Below, piece after piece: positions 21,991-29,758 of a DNA stretch of 39,223 nt (its first letter is position 1; each line of letters begins with the position of its first letter). The notes beneath the pieces are model-generated. The model had not been told where the DNA came from. It did not search any database and was given only the letters and a program-made list of their open reading frames with translations. The translations under genes and the position numbers were made by a program. Origin of the DNA: an uncultured Gemmatimonadales bacterium (GTDB taxonomy: Bacteria > Gemmatimonadota > Gemmatimonadetes > Gemmatimonadales > GWC2-71-9); assembly GCA_963821525.1 (NCBI GenBank), contig CAWGED010000002.1, forward strand, positions 1 to 39,223, read 5' to 3'.

Positions 21991-23253
21991 TCACCAGGAC
22001 TCGATCAACTGGTACGCAGAGGTCCAGAAGTCGAGAGCGACAGGAGAAATCGCCAGCCGGTCTGGACGGCGCTGGGTCATGAGGACGCCGACCATTCCCT
22101 CCCTCGGATCCACATGCCAGGAGGTACCGAAGGCGCCATCCCAGCCGAAGCGTCCTGGTGCGTCGCCAATGTCGTTGCGAGCGGTGGTCACTCCCATGCC
22201 GAGTCCCCAGCCACGAGTGTCCCAGAAGTGTTCGAAGAAGGGAGAGATCGCCTTCTGTTCCGGTGTGAGGTGATCCATGGTCATCAACTGGATCGCCGGC
22301 CGGGAAAGAATGCGCTCACCGCCGCCGTGCAGCAGCATCATCCGCCCGAAGGCGACCAGATCATCCACCGTAGAAACGAGCCCTCCGGCCCCGGATTCGA
22401 AGACCGGCGGCCGCGCGGCGTAGCCGGCACGGGGTTCGTCCAGGACGACGAGCTCACCGGTGACCATGTCCCTGCCATAGCAGGCAGGGAGCCGATCGAG
22501 TTTCGATTCCGGGACTTGGAACCCGGTGTCGGTCATCCTGAGTGGAGCGAAGATGCGCTCCTGCAGAAAAGTCCCCAGCGACTTCCCCGCAACCCGGGCA
22601 ATGAGCACGCCCAGGATCTCGGCGCTCATGTGGTACAGCCACTGCTCGCCCGGTTGATGCGCCAGCGGAAGGCTGCCCAGGCGCATCATGAACTCATCGG
22701 ATGTGCCGCGGAACGGCCATTCGCTCAGGGGAAGGCGTGCCTCGACCAGCGCCCGCTGAAGCGGAGAACCGGGCGAGAGGAAGGCTACCTCGCCGTAGCC
22801 GGACCGGAACGTGAGGAGGTCGCGCAGTGTGATCGGGCGCTTCGCGGGCACCGTGTCGTCGAGCGGACTCTCGATCGTCCGGAGGACGCGGCGACCCGCC
22901 AGCTCCGGCAGCCATTCGTCAACCGGATCGTCGAGCCTGAGCCTGCATTCCTCGACGAGGATCATGGCGCCAACTGCCGTGATAGGCTTCGTCGTGGAGG
23001 CAAGCCGGAAGATCGTGTCTCGCTGCATCGGGACTTTGCCATCGAAGGCCATAGTGCCGATCGTCTCCACGTGTTCCCGCCCCCGCTGGTTTACCAGCGC
23101 AACCAGACCGGGCGTGTGTCCGTTTTCCACGTGACGGGCTAGGCAGGCGTGCATTCGCGCGAGCCGAGTAAGGGAGAAGCCCTTGCTCTGAAGCACGGGT
23201 GATGGCTTGAAGGTCGGCGCGGGGCCCTGAGTGGGATGGGAAGGGGCGAGCAT
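21991..23253 (-). CDS. serine hydrolase, beta-lactamase/class C family
   Basis: FRLASTTK (SxxK), ITLRDLLT, PGEQWLY, GAGGLVST and FGWDG. Confidence 0.9.
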   Translation of the reverse strand: MLAPSHPTQGPAPTFKPSPVLQSKGFSLTRLARMHACLARHVENGHTPGLVALVNQRGREHVETIGTMAFDGKVPMQRDTIFRLASTTKPITAVGAMILVEECRLRLDDPVDEWLPELAGRRVLRTIESPLDDTVPAKRPITLRDLLTFRSGYGEVAFLSPGSPLQRALVEARLPLSEWPFRGTSDEFMMRLGSLPLAHQPGEQWLYHMSAEILGVLIARVAGKSLGTFLQERIFAPLRMTDTGFQVPESKLDRLPACYGRDMVTGELVVLDEPRAGYAARPPVFESGAGGLVSTVDDLVAFGRMMLLHGGGERILSRPAIQLMTMDHLTPEQKAISPFFEHFWDTRGWGLGMGVTTARNDIGDAPGRFGWDGAFGTSWHVDPREGMVGVLMTQRRPDRLAISPVALDFWTSAYQLIESW

Positions 23254-23354
23254 TTGTACTAGCCTCCGGCTGAGTCCGTCCGGTACGAAGCTGGCCTCTC
23301 AGAATGCGGATTGGGGGGCGAAGGCGATGTGAAAAGGGCGTTAGAATTTCTTCA

Positions 23355-23450
23355 GGAGACGGGAGGGGACGGGGAACGGGGGAACGGGAGAACGGGAGAA
23401 CGGGGAACAGGGGTCAGGGGTCAGGGGTCAGGTGTCAGGTGTCAGGGTCA
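23355..23450 (+). repeat. graded 7-8-mer array GGGAGAAC/GGGGAAC > GGGGTCA > GGTGTCA
   Basis: About 13 units that contain, in series, both unit types seen separately at 9300 and 10915. Confidence 0.85.
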
Positions 23451-23495
23451 CGAACCCATGTTCAGCTGCTTCGTCTCCGATCAATATTGGTAGCT

Positions 23496-24184
23496 GTGGC
23501 GAACACATCGACTTCCAGCTCTGGAACCAAGCGGCACCACGGCCTGGTCCGGCTGACGCACTGGCTGAACGCCTTGCTCCTTCTCGGCATGATCGGGAGC
23601 GGACTTCAGATCTATGGGGCGTTCAGCCACTTCGGGCCTAGGGGAGATCCGTATCCGCTTCCCAATCCGTGGGACGGGCGCGGCCTTCCCCACTGGGCTC
23701 GGCTCGGCGGTTGGCTTGCCGGCGGGCTCAATTGGCACTTCGCCCTGGCCTGGCCCTTCGTCGTCACGGGCCTCGTCTATCTGGGCTTTCTCGCGGTCTC
23801 CGGCGAGTGGCGGTCTCTCCTGTTCCGGCCCCGGAGATCTGCGACCCGCGTGGCAGATGCAGCTCTACTACCTGCGTCTACGAAGGGAGCACCCTCCGCA
23901 GGGGAAGCACAACGCACTCCAGAAGCTGGCCTACACGACTATCGTGCTCCTCGGCGCCCTCGCCACGCTGAGCGGATTCGCCATCTACAAGCCGGTGCAG
24001 CTGGCCTGGCTCACCGCGCTCTTCGGCGGCTACGAGCTTGCCCGCTACTGGCACTTCGTGACGGTCTGGGTGTTCGTCGGATTCACCCTGATTCATGTGA
24101 TCCTGGTATTCGCGGTCGATCCGTGCGTCGCTCCGGGCGATGATCACGGGCTGGTACCGGGGAAAGTTTCCGAGCCATGACTAA
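23496..24184 (+). CDS. cytochrome b/b6 domain membrane protein (Ni/Fe-hydrogenase b-type/YdhU-like), frameshifted
   Basis: VRLTHWLNA, SGLQIY, WHFALAW, HNALQKLAY, SGFAIYKPVQ, WHF, IHV and MITG. Heme His residues lie in TM helices. Confidence 0.85.
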
Positions 24185-24917
24185 GCCAATCGAGGGGATC
24201 AACCGGCGCGACTTCCTCCGATTGGGACTGGTGGCTGGCCCCGCAGGGATCGTTGCAGCATGCGGCTGGGACGGAGGACCGGTGCTCTCGTCCAAGCTGA
24301 AGGCGTTCAGCCGAGTCAACGACTGGGCAGGGGAGAAGCTCTGGTTCTCGGGAGACCGACTGGCGCGCGAATACCCCATCAGCGCTCGCACAGCCATGCA
24401 GCGCTTCCCGGCGTACTCGATCACCTTCAACAGGACCGGTGGGTATCCGGGCCTCGAGCGGCCGGACGCCTGGGCGCTTGAAGTAAAAGGCCTGGTCCGG
24501 AAGCCGACCCGACTGACGCTTCCAATGATCCAGCTGCTGCCGCGGCTGACATACACAGTCAAACATCATTGCGTCGAGGGCTGGACCGCGATCGGCACCT
24601 GGACCGGCGTACCGGTTTCCTCGATCGCCGCGATGGTGGAACCCACGCCGGAGGCCCGGTACATCCGCTTCGACACCTACGACAGCGGTTACTACAACGG
24701 GTGGGATCTGGCGAGTGCCATGCACCCGCAAACGATCCTGGCCTACGCCTGGAACGACCAGCCCCTCACGATGTACCATGGCGCGCCACTGCGCCTCTAC
24801 TCACCGATCAAGCTGGGGTACAAGCTGACCAAGTATCTCACCGCGATGACCTTCACCCGGGATCGGCCTGGAGGCTACTGGGAGGATCAGGGGTATCCCT
24901 GGTTTGCGGGGCTGTAG
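24177..24917 (+). CDS. molybdopterin-dependent oxidoreductase, sulfite oxidase/MsrP(YedY)-like family, Tat-exported
   Basis: NRRDFL Tat motif, HHCVEGW (Mo-ligating Cys), HPQTILAY, HGAPLRL, KLGYKLTK and GGYWEDQGY. Confidence 0.9.
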   Translation: MTKPIEGINRRDFLRLGLVAGPAGIVAACGWDGGPVLSSKLKAFSRVNDWAGEKLWFSGDRLAREYPISARTAMQRFPAYSITFNRTGGYPGLERPDAWALEVKGLVRKPTRLTLPMIQLLPRLTYTVKHHCVEGWTAIGTWTGVPVSSIAAMVEPTPEARYIRFDTYDSGYYNGWDLASAMHPQTILAYAWNDQPLTMYHGAPLRLYSPIKLGYKLTKYLTAMTFTRDRPGGYWEDQGYPWFAGL

Positions 24918-24940
24918 GGCGCTCCAGGTGCGCGATCACT

Positions 24941-25166
24941 CGGCCGAAGGCCGCACCCGATTATTAAGGCCGCCGTCGACGCTGAGGGCCCAGCCGAGGC
25001 GGCCGAAGCGGTAGGATGAGACACCAATTCGGCGAAGCGGGCCCGCTCTCGCCCCAACGAACCTGATTCAACGGAGGCGCATCCACGGTCGCTAACGCCA
25101 CACTCGCGTATGCCCGGATGGGGTACGGCCCCCTTCGCTCGCTGCGCTCGCTCAGGGTGAGGCGGC
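24941..25166. mobile_element. composite MITE/REPIN-like element, copy 1 (right outer arm missing)
   Basis: Aligns by eye over its whole length with 25207-25541 and 28025-28284. Confidence 0.7.
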
Positions 25167-25206
25167 TGAAGCGGTAGGATGTGATTTCTGGGTGCGCGGA
25201 CTCTCA

Positions 25207-25541
25207 CCCGGCCGAAGGCCGCACCCGATTATCAAGGCCGCCGTCACGCTGAGGGCCGCAGGCCCGAGGCGGCCGAAGCGGTAGGATGAGACTACCATGC
25301 GGCGAACCGGGTCAGCTCTTGCCGTAACGGACCTGATTCATCGGCGTTGATTCCTCGGTAGGAAAAGACACCTTCGGCGAAGCGGGCCCGCTCTCGCCCC
25401 AACGGACCTGATTCAACGGAGGCGCATCCACGGTCGCTAACGTCACACTCGCGTATGCCCGGATGGGGTACGGCCCCTTCGCTCGCTGCGCTCGCTCAGG
25501 GTGACGGCGGCCTTGGTAATTGGGTGCGGCCTTCGGCCGGG
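25207..25541. mobile_element. composite MITE/REPIN-like element, copy 2 (41-bp terminal inverted repeats, internal ~75-bp duplication)
   Basis: CCCGGCCGAAGGCCGCACCCGATTATCAAGGCCGCCGTCAC ... GTGACGGCGGCCTTGGTAATTGGGTGCGGCCTTCGGCCGGG, with 2 mismatches. Confidence 0.78.
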
Positions 25542-25613
25542 CCCTCACCGTCTCTGCTCGCTGTGCTGTCGAGGGTGACCGGCGGCCTGGGTATCCGGCC
25601 GCTGCCTTCGGCC

Positions 25614-25652
25614 CCCCTGTCTCCCGTCTCCCGTCTCCTTTCTCCCGCCTTC
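25614..25652 (-). repeat. heptamer array (CCCGTCT)n on +
   Basis: CCTGTCTCCCGTCTCCCGTCTCCTTTCTCCCGCCTTC upstream of the cupin gene. Confidence 0.65.
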
Positions 25653-25767
25653 TGACGGGATGAGCCGCGACTTGAGTGCAGGTCCCGGGAACTATTCGCC
25701 TGCTTCTGAGTCGGTACAGTAGGAGCCGCTGGTCTGCGGCTTCAGTCACTGACCTCAGGAGTTTGAT

Positions 25768-26244
25768 ATGCGATGGTTACTCTCGGCCGCCCTGAGCCTA
25801 ATTAGCGGTGTCGTCATGGCGCAGGCCGCACCGACTGCCGGATCCCATGTCATCGTGGTAACTCCCGACAAGGTTACCTGGAGTCCGGTGCCGAACGCGC
25901 TCCCCGCGGGTGCAAAGCTGGCGGTGCTCGAGGGCAACCCCTTCGAGGCCGGCCCGTACACCATGCGCCTGATGATGCCAGGCGGTTACCGGATTCCTCC
26001 CCACTCTCACCCGGGCGTGGAGCACGTGACTGTGGTCAAAGGGACCTTCAAGGTCGGCATGGGTGAGAGGTTCGATCCTTCAGCCATGACGACACTCCCG
26101 GCCGGGACGTTCGCCGCGTTGGATCCCGGCGTGCATCACTACGCCGAGGCACAGGGAGAGACCATCATCCAACTCCACGGCACAGGGCCCTGGGCCATCT
26201 CGTACGTGAACCCGATGGACGATCCACGGAAGCCGTCACCCTAG
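25768..26244 (+). CDS. secreted cupin domain protein (DUF4437-like)
   Basis: Signal peptide, LEGNP, PPHSHPGVEHVTVVKG and GVHHYA cupin metal motifs. AGGAG RBS. Confidence 0.8.
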   Translation: MRWLLSAALSLISGVVMAQAAPTAGSHVIVVTPDKVTWSPVPNALPAGAKLAVLEGNPFEAGPYTMRLMMPGGYRIPPHSHPGVEHVTVVKGTFKVGMGERFDPSAMTTLPAGTFAALDPGVHHYAEAQGETIIQLHGTGPWAISYVNPMDDPRKPSP

Positions 26245-26245
26245 G

Positions 26246-26845
26246 ATGAATGAACGGTCGGACGAGTGCACGTGGTTCGAGTCGGCGGTACTGGATGTGC
26301 TCCCCGAGCTGGTAGGCACGGCCCGGCGGCTCACCAGGAATCGGGAGGATGCGGAAGACCTGGTCGCCGAGGCGATTACCCGGGCGTGGGTTAATCGAGC
26401 GACGCTCAAGGAGCGCGAGCGTTTCACCGGCTGGGTCATTCGGATTCTCACCAATCTGTTTCTGAGCCAGCGCCGCTCGGAGGGGAGTCATCCTCACGAG
26501 TCGCTCGAGGTGGAGGAAGATTTTTCGCTGTACGAGCGGCTCCACCAACCGTTCCTGCTATGGTGGAGCACACCGGAGCAGGACTTTCTGGACCGGCTGC
26601 TGCGAGAGGATCTCATTCGCGCGATCGGGGTTCTCCCGGAACCGTTCCGGATCGTGGTACTGATGGCCGATGTCGAAGGGCAGTCCTATGGCGAGATCGC
26701 GGAGTCGCTCTGCGTCCCGATCGGGACGGTCCGGTCGCGACTCGCGCGGGGTCGGGGCCTGTTACAGCGAGCGCTGTGGGAACACGCCTGCGATGCCGGT
26801 CTTCGCGGCGAATCTCCGGAGAGGAGGCCGAGTTCGCATGGATAA
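26246..26845 (+). CDS. ECF RNA polymerase sigma factor (SigR/SigH-like)
   Basis: ARRLTRNREDAEDLVAEA (region 2) and LPEPFR...SYGEIAESLCVPIGTVRSRLARGR (region 4). Confidence 0.92.
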   Translation: MNERSDECTWFESAVLDVLPELVGTARRLTRNREDAEDLVAEAITRAWVNRATLKERERFTGWVIRILTNLFLSQRRSEGSHPHESLEVEEDFSLYERLHQPFLLWWSTPEQDFLDRLLREDLIRAIGVLPEPFRIVVLMADVEGQSYGEIAESLCVPIGTVRSRLARGRGLLQRALWEHACDAGLRGESPERRPSSHG

Positions 26846-27110
26846 CCTGGATATGATGACCTGCGAGGAAGCGATTCGCTCTCTCGCCGCATACCTGGAC
26901 GATGAGCTGGCCGACGACGTGCAGCGGCACGTCGAGCGACACCTGGAGTTCTGTCGCAGCTGCTATTCGCGGGCCGAGTTCGAGCGCCGGCTCAAGTCCG
27001 AGCTCAGAAAGCTTGGCAAGGACGAGGTCCCCGTCGGGTTAGAGCAGCGGGTTCGCCGCTTGCTCCAATCTTTCACACTTTCGGCTGACAATGTGCCGAA
27101 GCATCACTGA
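26838..27110 (+). CDS. zinc-binding anti-sigma factor (ZAS, zf-HC2; RsrA-like, soluble)
   Basis: TCEE...YLDDEL...HLEFCRSC (HxxxCxxC), no TM segment, overlaps the sigma stop codon. Confidence 0.88.
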   Translation: MDNLDMMTCEEAIRSLAAYLDDELADDVQRHVERHLEFCRSCYSRAEFERRLKSELRKLGKDEVPVGLEQRVRRLLQSFTLSADNVPKHH

Positions 27111-27127
27111 CGGTTGAGGAGGAATCG

Positions 27128-27910
27128 ATGGTCGCGATTTTGTCGAACCAGAGATCGGCAATCCTGGATGCGGTGCGACGGATGTACACCGAAGTAGCGA
27201 TCGAGTGCAACCGGGAATTTCACTTTCCGACCGGACGCAAGGCGTGCGAGTTCGTCGGATACCCGGCCATGCAGCTGGACACGTTGCCGAAGACTGCGGT
27301 CGAGTCCTTCGCCGGAGTGGGCTATCCCTTCGCGACGCAGGTGATTCGGCCCGGTGACGTGGTACTCGATGTGGGATCCGGCTCAGGCACCGACGCGCTC
27401 ATCGCCACCCGGCTGGTGGGGCCCAGCGGTCGGGTGATCGGCCTCGACCTGACCGAGGCGATGCGGGACAAGCTGAGGGTGAACGCCGGAATTGCGAAGG
27501 CGGGCAACCTGGAGATCCTCGCGGGGAATGCCGAGTCGATTCCGCTGCCCGATGCGTCAGTAGACGTGGTGACGACGAACGGCGTCATCAACCTGGTGCC
27601 CGACAAGACCCGCGCCATTCGGGAGATCGCCCGGGTGCTGCGACCGGGTGGCCGGCTCCAGCTGGCCGATATCGTGGTGAAGTCGCTGCCCTCCGAGGCG
27701 TGTCAGGCGAATCCGGAGCTTTGGGCCGAGTGCATCGTGGGAGCGACGAGCGAGGAGTCCTACCTCGCTGGCATGCATGAGACGGGGCTGCGGAATCTCG
27801 AGGTCTTGAGTCGCAGCGATTACTTCGCGGGCAGTTCCAGTGCGGAGACGCGGAGGGTGGCGGAGTCGTTTGGGGCGCATGCGATCGTGCTGCGGGCGGT
27901 GAAACCGTAG
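27128..27910 (+). CDS. SAM-dependent methyltransferase, ArsM-like
   Basis: ESFAGVGYP, VLDVGSGSGTD, IGLDLT, DVVTTNGVINL, RVLRPGGRL and WAECIVGA. GAGGAGG RBS. Confidence 0.85.
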   Translation: MVAILSNQRSAILDAVRRMYTEVAIECNREFHFPTGRKACEFVGYPAMQLDTLPKTAVESFAGVGYPFATQVIRPGDVVLDVGSGSGTDALIATRLVGPSGRVIGLDLTEAMRDKLRVNAGIAKAGNLEILAGNAESIPLPDASVDVVTTNGVINLVPDKTRAIREIARVLRPGGRLQLADIVVKSLPSEACQANPELWAECIVGATSEESYLAGMHETGLRNLEVLSRSDYFAGSSSAETRRVAESFGAHAIVLRAVKP

Positions 27911-27944
27911 GTCCTGCCATCGCCCGTCTCTCGTCCCACTTCTG

Positions 27945-27986
27945 ACCTCACCCCCTGTCCCCCTCTCCCGGATCGGGAGAGGGGGA
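27945..27986 (+). repeat. CCTCACCCC-hairpin REP-like repeat
   Basis: ACCTCACCCCCTGTCCCCCTCTCCCG-GAT-CGGGAGAGGGGGA. Confidence 0.75.
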
Positions 27987-28024
27987 ACGCGTTTTAGGCT
28001 GTCTGCGCCTTGGGGTCACGTTCA

Positions 28025-28284
28025 CCCGGCCGAAGGCCGCAGCTGATTATTTAGGCCGCCGTCACGCTGAGGGCCGCAGGCCCGAGGCGGCCGAAGGGGT
28101 AGGATAAGACACCCGCTCGGCGAAGCGGGCACGCTCTTGCCCCAACGGACCTGATTCGACGGAGGCGCATCCGCGGTCGCTAACGCCACACTCGCGTTTG
28201 CCCGGAAGGGGTACGGCCCCTTCGCTCGCTGCGCTCGCTCAGGGTGACGGGCGGCCGATAGGAGGGGGTGCGGCCTTCGGCCGG
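28025..28284. mobile_element. composite MITE/REPIN-like element, copy 3
   Basis: CCGGCCGAAGGCCGCA ... TGCGGCCTTCGGCCGG termini and the same ~120-bp core as copies 1 and 2. Confidence 0.75.
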
Positions 28285-28318
28285 CCTGTTGCCTGCGCCG
28301 CAGGTAGCACGGGACGCG

Positions 28319-28357
28319 TTCCCCCTTCCTACAAGGGAAGGGGGAAAGGGGGTTAGG
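28319..28357 (-). repeat. CCTAACCCC-hairpin REP-like repeat
   Basis: Minus strand CCTAACCCCCTTTCCCCCTTCCCTTGTAGGAAGGGGGAA, starting at the base after the msrA TGA. Confidence 0.7.
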
Positions 28358-28892
28358 TCAGTCCCGCATGAAATGGCAGCTGTACCCGCCGGGATGCTTG
28401 CGCAGGTAGTCCTGATGGTACTGTTCCGCGCTGTACCATGTGGAGGCCGCCTCGATACTCGTCGTGATCGGTCGCTTCCACTTGCCCGACGCCGCGACGC
28501 TGCGCCTTCACTCGCTCGGCAATTTCTCTCTGCTCGGCATTCTGCGGAAAGATCGCGGAGCGATATTGGGTTCCCACGTCGTTGCCCTGGCGATTGAGCG
28601 TGGTCGGGTCGTGCAGCTTGAAGAACCACTTCTCCAGCAGCTCCTCATAGCTCAGCACTGAAGGGTCGAAGGTCACCCGAATCGACTCGGCGTGCCCCGA
28701 CTTGCTGTCGTGGGTGTCGTCGTAGGTCGGATTCTCGAGATGGCCGCCGGTATAGCCGACGTCGGTGTCGATCACGCCGGGGACGTCTCGCAGGATGTCC
28801 TCGACGCCCCAGAAACACCCCCCTGCTAACACGGCGACCTCGGTCTGCCCGGCCACGGCGGCGGAAGGGGTCGTTCTATTCTGCTCGTTCAC
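28358..28892 (-). CDS. msrA: peptide-methionine (S)-S-oxide reductase, frameshift near 28500
   Basis: [41 protein letters not shown] shifted frame gives AEQYHQDYL...GYSCHFMRD, then TGA. Confidence 0.93.
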
Positions 28893-28922
28893 TGTCGGTT
28901 CTCCTGTGTGGTAGCACCTAAT

Positions 28923-28949
28923 AACGCTACGAGCGGGCCGGCGGATTCC
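28923..28949 (-). promoter_or_regulatory. putative SigR/SigH-type promoter GGAAT-N18-CGTT for msrA
   Basis: Minus strand GGAAT ccgccggcccgctcgtag CGTT, about 30 bp upstream of msrA (AGGAG RBS). A SigR-like sigma/ZAS pair lies 2 kb away. Confidence 0.5.
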
Positions 28950-29002
28950 TGGCCGAGTTCCTCTCTGATCCTGATGCCTTGGCTGGGGTTAGTCCAGCCC
29001 CG

Positions 29003-29094
29003 ACCTCACCCCTGTCCCCATTCCTACCTAACCCCCTGTCCCCGGCCCCCTCGCTTCGCTCGGGGCGACTTCGTCGCCTATTGGGAAGGGGGGA
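29003..29094 (+). repeat. nested/interrupted CCTCACCCC-hairpin repeat
   Basis: ACCTCACCCCTGTCCCCATTCC...GGGAAGGGGGGA interrupted by a second CCTAACCCCCTGTCCCC start and two small hairpins. Confidence 0.6.
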
Positions 29095-29132
29095 CGGCGC
29101 CGTTGGGTTTCGAGGTGAGTGGTCGGCGATAG

Positions 29133-29160
29133 CTGTCATTCCGAGCGCAGCGAGGAATCC
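29133..29160 (+). repeat. TGTC/CGTC-type REP (TGTCATTCCGAGCGCAGCGAGGAATC)
   Basis: GTC tag followed by the palindrome ATTCC...GGAAT with an internal CGAGCGCAGCGAG. Confidence 0.6.
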
Positions 29161-29252
29161 CGATGCCTGCCTTTCACCGGCCGGCACCTTGGGCCGAATT
29201 CTTAGCTCCTCATCCCCGCTTGCTCGCTGGCTCAGGTCCTCGCATCCTTATC

Positions 29253-29366
29253 ATGAAAGTCCGGGAGCTGCTCAAACTGCTGGCCGACCACGGCTGGTAT
29301 CTGGCACGGACCCGAGGGAGCCACCATCAGTTCAAACATCCTCGGAAACCTGGATTGGTAACATGA
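29253..29366 (+). pseudogene. hicA: HicA family toxin, C-terminally truncated (37 aa)
   Basis: MKVRELLKLLADHGW...RGSHHQFKHP..GLVT then stop. It has the GSH motif but lacks the usual VPxH...GTL C-terminal part. Confidence 0.75.
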
Positions 29367-29578
29367 TGAAATTTCTCATCGTCGTCGAGGAGACTCCGAC
29401 TGGATTTTCCGCCTATTCGCCCGACGTGGAGGGATGCATTGCCTCTGGGGCTACTCGCGAGGAAGTGGAACGGGTGATGCGAGAGGCTATCGAGTTCCAC
29501 TTCGAGGGTCTCCGCGCGGAAGGGCAGTCCGTTCCCGCCCCGCACTCCTACGCGACTTTCGTGGAAGTGGCGGCGTAG
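29363..29578 (+). CDS. hicB: HicB family antitoxin (short form, no DNA-binding domain)
   Basis: KFLIVVEE...FSAYSPDVEGCIASGATREE...EAIEFHFEGL...VPAP. Confidence 0.88.
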   Translation: MMKFLIVVEETPTGFSAYSPDVEGCIASGATREEVERVMREAIEFHFEGLRAEGQSVPAPHSYATFVEVAA

Positions 29579-29582
29579 TACG

Positions 29583-29623
29583 TCACCCCCTGTCCCCCTC
29601 TCCGTGAAACGGAGAGGGGGGAC
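29583..29623 (+). repeat. TCACCCC-hairpin REP-like repeat
   Basis: TCACCCCCTGTCCCCCTCTCCGT-GAA-ACGGAGAGGGGG, 4 nt after the hicB stop. Confidence 0.72.
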
Positions 29624-29758
29624 GCCAGCGACAAACCGCCCCGTCCGTCCCGCCCATCTCGCGATATAGGACTGGAGAAATTAAAGTCCATCCACACCAA
29701 GCAGGTCGCCTTAGTCAAACGATTCACTCTTCTGCAGTACGGTTGAAAGGAGCCTCCA

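Noticed and set aside
24941..25541. CRISPR array
   Set aside because: The repeats are long composite palindromic units with conserved interiors, not 23-47 bp repeats separated by unique spacers. No cas genes are present.
25312..25749. Repeat-containing ORFs such as 25312-25749, 24887-25207, 28180-28629 and 9292-9492
   Set aside because: They are translations of the palindromic element or of tandem arrays, with no RBS or domain support.
27128..28892. Selenocysteine recoding in the methyltransferase or MsrA
   Set aside because: The candidate active-site positions are ordinary Cys codons, with no in-frame TGA at a conserved Cys position.
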